A DNA stretch of 63,035 nucleotides, the filler included, from Octopus bimaculoides (lineage: Eukaryota), in assembly GCF_001194135.2 (NCBI RefSeq). It is 3 parts of 3 records of this genome, joined end to end, with 100 filler letters (N's around TTAATTAATTAA, not from the genome) between each part and the next. Parts side by side here need not be neighbours in the genome. Positions count along the whole stretch, not along the records: positions 39,345 to 63,035 come from NC_068987.1; 2 more parts are not named here. One strand, written 5' to 3'. Below the pieces are notes generated by a model, which made no database searches, was not told the DNA's origin, and was given only the letters and a program-made list of their open reading frames with translations. Below, one piece after another: positions 53,438 through 63,035 of the stretch (positions are counted from its first letter, which is position 1; each line of letters begins with the position of its first letter). Both the position numbers and the translations under genes were made by a program.

Positions 53438-55306
53438 TAGGTGTATATATGTATATATCTGTGTATCTTTGAGTTTGTGTTTGCCTTGACAAACCTACAA
53501 TTGACAAGCAGTGTTGGTTTGTTTACATCTCCATAACTTATAACTTAGTGGTTCAGCAAAAGAGACTAATATACTAAGTACCAACCAAACTTAGAAAATA
53601 AGTACTGGAATTGATTTGTTCAGCTAAACCCTTTAAGATGATGTGCCAGCATGGCTGCAATCCAATGACTGAAACAAGTAAAAAATATAAAATATACCAT
53701 AACTGTGAGATACTAAGATACTGAATGACTAATCGAGATGATCAATAGTTCAGTTGCATTATGCTCCTGGGCAAGGAATATGATACCGATCCACTTTGCT
53801 TGAATGAAAAATTCCACATTTTGTTTCTACTAAACAGTAGACTGATAACGGTAAAAGATAAAAAAGACAACACCTAACCAAATAAATAATTACTCATACA
53901 AAAATCTTGCCAATGAAAATGTGGTAGTAAAATTAATGTGAAATAATAAAGAAGTAGAATATTTTAATTAAATTCTTTCAATATTCAGTTTAATTAACAA
54001 AGTTAATAGATACCTTTACACATTATGGCATAAACTTTTCATTACCTACATTAATATCATCAGCAAAAATAATTACTTCAATCTAATTCCCTATTCGCTC
54101 TTTCTTCATATCTTTGGCTGTGGTTCTGAAACCATTAGGAATTAAAAACTCAAATTACACTTAACTAGGATCTTTATTCTTCCATCAGGGATGTATGGAA
54201 AGTGTTCACAGCTTCTTTAGATTAAAGAACTCAGATAATATAATCGGTGGTCATTAAAGAATTATATATATATATATATATATATATGATGATGATATAT
54301 ATATATATATATACATGTATGAATGTATGTATATGTATATATGTATGTATGTATGTATGCATGTATGTTTTTATGTCAGTATTCAGTTTTATTTCTTACC
54401 AATAGAGAAAGAATCGGTTTCTAACCTAGATCCAAGGCTCCTTCATTGGAATTTCAACAACACCAACAGGGTATTTTTGTATGTATGTATGTCTTCTTAT
54501 TCATATACTTGCATATCTAGACATGCTCATATATGTTCAAATGATAAACTTCAGGAAAGTTTTACAGATTTTTACAGTTCCAGTGATAGATTGGATCTGT
54601 AGTCATCGAATTAGCTTTATCCTTTATGGTTTTGAGAAGCCTAATTTCTCAAGATTGGTACTTAGGCAGTGTGTTACATATCCCAGTTCCCCAATAATTA
54701 CAGGTACAAACTTGTATGTATGTACGTACGTATGTGTGTGTGTATAAATCGCTAGCATAGTGGGTAAGGTCTTCAGTCTTCTTTTCAGGACATAATGACT
54801 TTGCTTGATATGAATCTTGGGTTTAGCTGTCTCTGGTCAATATTGTCTAATATGGAACCATCATCGATGATGATGATGGAACCCTATTCAAGATCATTGA
54901 TTTTCTGCAAAATAACATCATTACTCTGAAGGGCAAAGCTTAGGGAATAAACTTTGTAAATAAATCCAAAGTGGAGGGCTCTCAGCATGATCCAGTGTTT
55001 AACTCAACAACATTCTGGCAACTCCTCATGCCAAACACATTTCTCTTCACTCTCTTGGACTATAACAGTGGGGCAAAAAGAGGAATTCTGTCACCTGGAC
55101 AATCCAGGTTCTTCATATACCTCAACTTCAACTAGTTTTGCCTTCTGGGCAACATGCAACAGGGAATTTAGACTGACCAGTGGTGTAAAAATTCCTTTTT
55201 GTCTTTTGAATCAGATGGATACTAGAAACACCAACTTAAAAGATCGGAGAGTTTTGTAGGAGAATATTGTAGTTTGCTTGAAGCATTGTGTACTGTTTGT
55301 AAAATA

Positions 55307-55627
55307 CAGGGTGTCCACAAGGTCTGGGTACATGGAGTAAATAAAATCATAGCATAAACAATTAAATATAAGAAATAATAATTTCTTAAAGTATGTGTTA
55401 ATCCCCATGTGGGTACATGGAGTAAATAAAATCATGACATAAACAATTAAATATAAGAAANNNNNNNNNNAATATAAGAAATAATAATTTCTTAAAGTAT
55501 GTGTTAATCCCCATGTGGGTACATGGAGTAAATAAAATCATGACATAAACAATTAAATATAAGAAATAATAATAATTTCTTAAAGTATGTGTTAATCCCC
55601 ATGTACTCAGACTTTGTGGACACCCTG
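55307..55627. mobile_element. Tc1/mariner-type MITE with internal tandem repeats
   Basis: TA-CAGGGTGTCCACAA..TACATGG / CCATGTA..TTGTGGACACCCTG-TA. The ~95 bp interior occurs about three times around a 10-N gap, which may be an assembly duplication. Confidence 0.85.
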
Positions 55628-55769
55628 TATAACGTGTCTTGAATGGCACAATTGTGTGTAGGTTCATTTATGATAACATGCTCATGTATTATATAAAAAA
55701 AAAGGAAAAAAAAGAAACTGCATGTATAATACATAACTTAGAAGCAGTGCTGTAGATATGCCAACTCAC

Positions 55770-55838
55770 ATGAGCTTCAGACATGGCCGCCCTCCCGCAC
55801 TTCTCATGAGGAATTCCAGAAGGACCTTCACGAGATCA
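55770..55838 (-). CDS. Candidate internal exon, unknown gene (xDLVKVLLEFLMRSAGGRPCLKLx)
   Basis: T-run plus CTGCAG acceptor, CAT|GTGAGT donor, 69 nt with one open frame, locally GC-rich. An AG lies 11 nt upstream of the acceptor and no family is recognised. Confidence 0.3.
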
Positions 55839-56386
55839 CTGCAGAGATGCTTCCAGAAAAAAAAATTTCAGTAACCATTGGAAAACCAATTATAGCAGTG
55901 ACTCGATCAATTCCTAGCGATGTCTGGAGAAGGAATTTTTGGCATTCTGAAATATATTTATTATATCAGGCTATGGATGATTAAATTATAACAGTCATTA
56001 TAGTCCACTCTGCATTGTTGTACCATTCAAGACACATTATGATTTAAAAGATGTGTTATATCACAGAACCAAAGGTGCTTTTTTTTATACTTATAGGTAT
56101 CAAAGGTGTTAATGGTTCTCACCATTTCTTTCAATTTATATACAGCCTTAAAGTTATGATAAAGTTGTATTAAGTAATTAAGTTTTGGAACTTCTGCAAC
56201 ATTTTATCTGTCCAATGACACAAAATCTACCGGTTTGCTGGTCAAATCCCAGCAGAATATGTTTTTAATGATCAGATTTATAAGCATGCAAATTCAATCT
56301 TTGACAATCTTGCTGCATAATGTCAAGAGTCAAAAATTAAAATAATGATGCATACATCATTTGTTACACATTCATATGTTCTCATT

Positions 56387-57647
56387 CAGGTGTGGGACAA
56401 AATAATGGAAACACCTAGCATCATAGCATCATAATTTTGAAATATCTATAAAACCGTCAAAAGCTTGTTTATTTTTATGCCTTTTGATTTATTATTAGTC
56501 TTGCTTAATGTGTTTTGCTAAAATTGCTGTTTCTTTTCAGATATCATCAGAAAAGGGTAATTAAAATTCATTAAAATGACAGATCTACTGGACTTTCAAG
56601 AGGTCAAATTGTTGGTGTTTGTTGCTGAAAACTGCCGAAATGTTTGGTGTATCAAGAAGTACTAACTCGAAAGTAATGACAGCCTTTGAGAAAGAGGGAA
56701 AAACCTCCTTGTTGAAACAAAATTTCGGAAGAAAACCAAAATTTTCAGATAGGAACCGTCAGACTCTCATGTGAATTGTTAGAAAGGATCACAAAAGTAC
56801 AGCTCCCAAAATTACTGTAGAGCTTAATGACCACCACGAGAACACAGTTTCCACAAAAACTGTTCGCCAGGAGCTGCACACAGCCAGATTTCACGGGAGG
56901 GCTGCAATCAGAAAACCACCACTTTCAAAAACAAACGTTGCAAAGCATTTAGAATGGAATAAAATCCTACAGAATTGGTCCCTAGAGCAGTGGAAGAATC
57001 TTATTTTCTCAGACAAGTCATCCTTTGCCATATTTCCGACCACCGGCCAAGTATACATGTGGAGACAGCCAAAAGAAGCATTTGACCCAGACTGCCTTCT
57101 TCCAACTGTTAAACATGGAGGAGGATCTGTGATNNNNNNNNNNNNNNNNNNNNNNNNNNNNNNNNNNNNNNNNNNNNNNNNNNNNNNATATCTTGGAAAT
57201 CTGCCAGCCCAATGGTTTCTCTTCATAGCAGAATTTATAGTCAAGACTATTTAAGCATTTTATCTGATCAAATTCATCCTATGGTTGCAGAACTGTTTCT
57301 GGAGAGAAATACCATCTTTCAGAATGATAATGCTCCAATTCACACAGCTGAAGGTGTTATTGAATGGTATAAGGAACATTCCCCAGATCTCAATATTATT
57401 GAACATTTACAGTTCTTTTTAGAAAAACAAGTAACGAGTCAATATCCTCCACCATCATCACTACAAGAACTGGAGATTGTTTTAGCTGAAGAATGGACAA
57501 AAATTCCTTTAGAAACAATTCAAATTTTGTACAAGTCCTTAGCTCGTAGAATTCAAGCTGTAATTACTGCCAGAGGCAGTCCTACCCCATATTAAAATAA
57601 ATTTGTTTGAAATTTTAAGGTGTTTCCATTATTTTGTCCAACCCCTT
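56387..57647 (+). mobile_element. Near full-length decayed Tc1 (DD34E) element with both TIRs
   Basis: TIRs GGACAAAATAATGGAAACACC / GGTGTTTCCATTATTTTGTCC. Transposase from ~56575 to 57595 across frameshifts: MTDLLDF..RGQIVG, VSTKTVRQELH, FSDKSSF, TVKHGGGSV, FQNDNAPIH, SPDLNIIEHL, RRIQAVITARGSPTPY*. Confidence 0.95.
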
Positions 57648-59590
57648 TATATACACAAACATGGAAAGGCACTCGCTTGGAGAACATCATCTAATAGACT
57701 GTATGAGTTAAAAATATATGCTCCAAATGATGTCAGCAGACTGTTAGACACCGGTGTTTCAACATACTGATTTTTATATAGAACAGAAGTTCCTAACTTC
57801 AAATGGGCCAGATGGCATCTGTCTCTGAGATAACAATATCACACCAAATTACTGATGCCTGAAAGTCTGTTTGGCACCACTTGAAGTATGTTATGTTTTT
57901 AACATACAAAGTCTTTTAGAAAAAGTTGTTCTCTGAGACTGAATCCCACAGGTGCCATTCCGTGTCTGGGTGTGTACAAGAACATATTGTAAATTCAGTA
58001 CATGGCGTTATTTCAATCTCTGCTGTTCCCAGTTTCTCTACAGGTGGGAAAAAAATTAGATTTTATCAGAAACTTGTAACTAAATTGATTTTGTACCTCT
58101 CTGAATTACACACTCACACACACAGACACTTTCACATGCACACACACACACACACACACGCACACACGCACATTCATATGTACAGACACTCACACACACA
58201 CATACTCACACACATACATACTCACACATATACGTGCACATGCACATATACTCACAAACAGACATTCATACATGCACACACACAAGGACATACACGCTCA
58301 CACACATACCCTCATACACACACACACACATGGATATACTCACTAATAAGACAAGCACACTCCACTGGCTACCTCACAGTTGGTATTAGAAAGGTATTTT
58401 CCCTTAAACATTCTAAATAATTCATACGAATTGTGAATTATTTCGGCTGCAACAAAGAGAACTCTATAGAGTGAAAGAAGAGATAGAATTAGCTAACCTC
58501 TGATACATAATATTTTAAGAAATATGCATGATCTTACATTGTTGTAAGTCTGCCAATGCAGAAGGCTCTATTTGGAAAACTATATCTCTCTACAAATGAT
58601 GTAGAAGACAGAATGCTTCTATGGTCAGTAAGTATTTGAAGCTGAGTATGAAACTACCCAGAATGGACAAATGTGTAAAAACATATACATTTTCTTTAAT
58701 ATTTTTCCTGAATAAAACTGGTTTATGGAGAAAAACTACAAGCTTAATGCTTTAGTATTTAAATCAGCCACACCATCATCATCATCGTCATTTAACGTCT
58801 ACTGTCCATGCTAGTATGGGTTGGATGATTTGACTGGGGACTGGCGAACCAGATGGCTACACCAGACTCCAATCTGATCTGGCAGAGTTTCTACAGCTGG
58901 ATGCCCTTCCTAATGCCAACCACTCTGAGAGTGTAGTGGGTGATTTTTACGTGCCACCAGCATAAGGGCCAGTCTGGCGGTACTGGCAACGGCCACGCTC
59001 AAATGGTGTTTTTTACATGCCACCTGCACAGGAGTCAGTCCAATGTTTTGTTCACATGCCACTGGCACAAGTGCCAGTAAGGTGGAGCTGGAAACAATTG
59101 CACTCAAATGGTGCTTTTTACATGCCACCAGCATAGAAGCGAAACTGCTGCTCTGGCAGTGATCCTGCTCTGATGGTGCTGTTAGTGTTCCACTGGCACG
59201 GCTGCCAGTCATCAAATTTGGTTCAGTTTCAATCTCACTTGCCCCAACTCAAGTGGCAAAAATGAACAGTACCAGTATTTCAAATGGTCGGCCTTGTCAC
59301 ACTTTGTGTCACACTAAATCTTCCTGAGAACTACGTTAAGGGTACACGTGTCTGTGGAGTGCTCAGCCACTTGCATGTTAATTTCATGAGCAGGCTGTTC
59401 TATTGATTGGATTAACCCTTGTCATCATAACAGACAGAGTAACACATTTGACAGAGTAATCTAAATGCTAAAGGGTTAAAGTGTTCAACAGGAACCATTA
59501 GAAACAGACACAAAATAAATAATGAGATAATTAAATTAATTCATTAAATAAACAAATAAATAAGTAAATGCAAGCAGAAACATGGCTTAC

Positions 59591-59810
59591 CTTTCATCAG
59601 TTGGAAAGGTGTAATCTGAATGAATAATACTAAACTGATTCCCAAGAAAAACAGAACCATCTGTATTAAATCAAGAAGTGCTGCTGGAAAGAAAATCAAC
59701 GGGTTGAATTTCCCGCCATCACGATCAATTGGTGCATCTGAGTATCTCGCCCATCTCACCAGATAGTAGACAAAAAGGCAACAGAATTCTCCAATGAACA
59801 TACAGGTAAC
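59591..59810 (-). CDS. SLC35F6: Internal coding exon of an SLC35F6-like (DMT/nucleotide-sugar-transporter family) gene
   Basis: Acceptor tttctttttgttcAG|G, donor AAG|GTAAGC, 220 nt, phase 0 to 1. Encodes VTCMFIGEFCCLFVYYLVRWARYSDAPIDRDGGKFNPLIFFPAALLDLIQMVLFFLGISLVLFIQITPFQLMK(G). This matches the SLC35F6 motifs MFLGEFSCL, FNPLLFLPPALCDM and FQMLRG as I recall them. Flanking exons were not found, so it may be a paralog rather than the ortholog. Confidence 0.85.
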
Positions 59811-60094
59811 CTGAACAAAAAGAAATATGTAAAATAGAAGAATAAGAGAAAGGTTGAAATGAAAATAATTTATTTAACAGCAAGATTTAAATACTTTTAA
59901 TGTTTATATATAATGCATTTTACTGAACAATGATACAGCTGGTCATGGGTTTCAAATAAGCCAATTATGTTGTTGAATGTGATAGAAGAGAGTCTATGCA
60001 ATCCAAGCAGAATAAATGTCACATAGATTGAAAATTGAAACCAAGAGTTTATAATTATTTTAACTCCTTTAAATCCAGAGAATAAATAAAAAAA

Positions 60095-60280
60095 ACAAAA
60101 AAATGCTACAAAATTGGAAAACTACTTATGGAAATTAGGAGCAAAGGTTTCAAAACTATAGCATTAAATTTAAAATCCTAGAAAGATCCAAAGCCTATCA
60201 AATCGGAAATGAAGCATGTGACATGTGTATAGCAGAGAAAAGAAGAATCATCGCAACTCTCCATAAACAAGACCACATAA
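60095..60280 (+). mobile_element. Penelope-like GIY-YIG fragment (second lineage)
   Basis: NATKLENYLWKL, frameshift, YSIKFKILERSKAYQIGNEACDMCIAEKRRII matches T.LS.Y.W.L..I.W.IL..A..Y....C.LC..EK..I of PLE endonucleases. Confidence 0.7.
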
Positions 60281-63035
60281 ATATGTGCACACATGCATAT
60301 ATACATAAATATGTATATATATATATACAAATATGAAGAGAGAGGGGGNNNNNNNNNNNNNNNNNNNNNNNNNNNNNNNNNNNNNNNNNNNNNNNNNNNN
60401 NNNNNNNNNNNNNNNNNNNNNNNNNNNNNNNNNNNNNNNNNNNNNNNNNNNNNNNNNNNNNNNNNNNNNNNNNNNNNNNNNNNNNNNNNNNNNNNNNNNN
60501 NNNNNNNNNNNNNNNNNNNNNNNNNNNNNNNNNNNNNNNNNNNNNNNNNNNNNNNNNNNNNNNNNNNNNNNNNNNNNNNNNNNNNTATATATATATATAT
60601 ACACATGCATGTATATATATAACATATACATTGATACACATACATAAGTGTGTTTGTGTTTGTAGGCATATATACCCATATATATATATAGTTTGAATAA
60701 GCACATAAGGATTCATGAATAAACATATGAAAAGACAGGAAAGAAAGACAAAAAAGACAAGCAAATCTAAGGGCTGCTCCAATCTACACCAAACCTATTC
60801 ATTATATTTTCCTTACAAGTAGTTTTGTAACCAATTATTTATAATGACTAGCTTTCTTCCAGACATATTTTTCTCTTTCCTCCCTTCTTTCCTTGCAATT
60901 TTTCCTCCTTTCTTTTCTTCTGTCCTTTCTACCTTTCCATATGTTTTGTTTGTTTTCTTTAATTACTTGTAAAATATTTTCTTCTTTTAATGATCTCTCA
61001 ATAGGACAATTCTATTTTTTTTTTTTTTTGCTGTCAAATTTCAAAGTGGTTTTGTAGGCTGGCGATGGCTGAAGGAAGAGAATCAGAGAATAGTTGGGTG
61101 AGATGGAGTGGAAGAAGGTGGTGTAGTATTATAGTAATATGAAGGAAGTGGTTATTTGGTGGGGGAGGAGGAGGAGGTTTGTGGATGTATGGAACAATAA
61201 TTCACTGTGATACCACAGATGCAGAGTTTTCGTGAATAGATATTTCATTCAATTTACTGTACATATCTATTTTATCAAAGCAATATAATGGCATTTGATG
61301 ACAATTGTGAAAGAGTTCAAGCCTTGCCAAAGGCACAGATAGATATTTTTTTTTATTTGGTAGCAAGACACCAACTTGTAGTTGATTCGGTATCCCTTTT
61401 CTGTTACCAACAACATAAACAGCTATTGAACCAATGATAGAACTTCTACATGGTCACTAAAATTACTGGAAACAACAACCAAATTTGATGACTGGCACCT
61501 GTGCCAGTGGAGTGCTAACAGCACCATCTGAGCGGGATCACTGCCAGAGCAGTGGTTTGGCTTCCATACCAGTGGCACATAAAAGCACCATTTGAGCATG
61601 ATATTTACCAGCATTGCCTTACTAGCACTTGTGCCGGTGGTATGTGAACAAAACATTCAAGCGAGATCGTTGCCAGTGCCGCTGGACTGGCTCCTATGCA
61701 GGTGGCATGTAAAACACCATTTGAGCGTGGCTGTTGCCAGTACCACCAGACTGGCCCTTGTGTTGGTGGCACGTAAAAGCACCCACTACACTCTCGGAGT
61801 GGTTGGCGTTAGGAAGGACATCCAGCAGTAGAAACTCTACCAGATCAGATTGGAGCCTGGTGCAGCCATCTCGTTCGCCAGTCCTCAGTCAAATCGTCCA
61901 ACCCATGCTGGCATGGAAAGCAGGCATTAAACAATGATGATGATGATGATGAAGATGATGAACCAAATCTTTCTCAAATCAGATTCTGTTGTGTTAGGTA
62001 AAAGGAAGAAAGACATCTAAAAAACAAGAAGAGATATAGATGGATAAAACTTGGATAGTAAATCTGCTAAATTAGAGTCTACCTGGGGCTTAACAAATGT
62101 GATTTGAATGATTAAACATGTCAAGTTGATCCTTCAGTAAAAAGAAAACAATCAACAAATGTATAAATTTGTAAAACTATCAAAGCCTGCATGTAAGGGA
62201 AAGTAAAAATATTAAAAAATATTTTACTTTTAAATATGAAGAAAAAAAAAATCACATTTAATACAACAGGGTTTTCTGACTGAATAATTAAATATTTTAA
62301 ATTCAGCCCATCAAAGATCACCCTCTAGGGTTCCTGATATCACAAGTAATGTGCTTTTAATCAGAATCATTATGTTTGATCCTTGGAGGCTGGTTAAGCT
62401 CTAAAGGTAAAAACATTCTGTTAGCAGAAACAATACAGTGCCAAGCAAATTCATAATATTGAATGGGATTGAGTTTACATTACACTCTCAGAGATTTGAT
62501 AATTTTAAAAAATGTGACCTTCCTTTTTTTTATCCAGACATTGAATGATACATAATATATATTTTGTTGGCCTGCATGTGTGTTATTTATATATTTATAT
62601 ATTTTATTCACATGTTACATCGTAATAGTAAATCTTGTCTAGGTTGTAGTTGTCAATCAGATTGCTAGTGAATCTATAATGTTGCACACACACACACACA
62701 CGCACACACACACACACACAAAGGTACAGATGTGTTCTAACAAGGGAAAAATATACAAAGTGTAATATCATTTAGTGATCCTGGAGAGATGAAAAGCAAT
62801 GGTGACTTTAGCAGGATTTGAACTCAGAATGCAGACATCTGATACAAATCTTGTAGGATATTTGCTACGGCTTTAATAACTTTGCCAATTAGTTGCCTTC
62901 ATCCAGATATTTATATTTACTGTTCCATTAAAGTAAGATCAACAAAAATGTACTCCATCCAGCAAGAGATATAAATATTGAGCCTGGTGCAGCCATCTGG
63001 CTGCACCAGTCCTCAGTCAAACCGTCCAACCCATG

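Noticed and set aside
55330-55600. Triplicated MITE interior as a satellite
   Set aside because: Near-identical units flank a 10-N gap, so an overlap mis-join is more likely.
57910-58041. Minus-strand acceptor (TTTTTTTCCCACCTGTAG) as the next SLC35F6 exon
   Set aside because: Phase-compatible, but it encodes EKLGTAEIEITPCTEF.. rather than a GAVIIFT-like transmembrane helix, and there is no strong donor before the stop.
1092-62321. Most ORF-track entries (poly-CV, HT, IY, M, D, S and X-filled ORFs)
   Set aside because: They are translations of microsatellites, N gaps or SINEs and carry no family motifs.
62121-62321. FTFPYMQ as the upstream 'HPFLQ' exon of SLC35F6
   Set aside because: No GT donor follows the Gln codon; the stretch looks like a pyrimidine tract.
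1-63035. CRISPR arrays, operons, defence or other prokaryotic systems
   Set aside because: No repeat-spacer arrays or long dense ORFs; the composition and repeats are those of an animal genome.

Overview
This is AT-rich, gap-ridden animal genomic DNA, not prokaryotic. The SINE families, dense CA/TA/AAT/GAT microsatellites and short-read-style N gaps look like an octopus (coleoid cephalopod) draft assembly; that assignment is recognition, not a database hit. Most of the window is interspersed repeat: several tRNA-derived SINE families, decayed mariner, Tc1, maT/DD37D and Helitron elements, piggyBac- and Tc1-type MITEs, and R4/Dong-, RTE- and Penelope-type retroelements. Nearly every entry in the ORF track is a microsatellite, gap or TE artefact. 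Only one host coding exon is clearly identifiable: a minus-strand, splice-site-bounded exon (59591-59810) of a divergent SLC35F6-like transporter. Three observations stand out. (1) A non-autonomous element joins a tRNA-like Pol III head to a tail with a minimal Penelope-type hammerhead ribozyme and occurs in partly inverted arrangements (25.7-26.0 kb, 39.6-40.0 kb); a similar hammerhead sits at the 3' end of a Penelope GIY-YIG remnant (34.9 kb). (2) Copies of the same SINE families switch from CpG-intact to CpG-decayed at about 39-40 kb, consistent with a germline-methylated gene body on the right. (3) There are two perfect foldbacks, a pre-miRNA-sized hairpin and a duplicated terminal-exon-like unit. 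TE boundaries are approximate, and candidate exons other than the SLC35F6-like one are low confidence.
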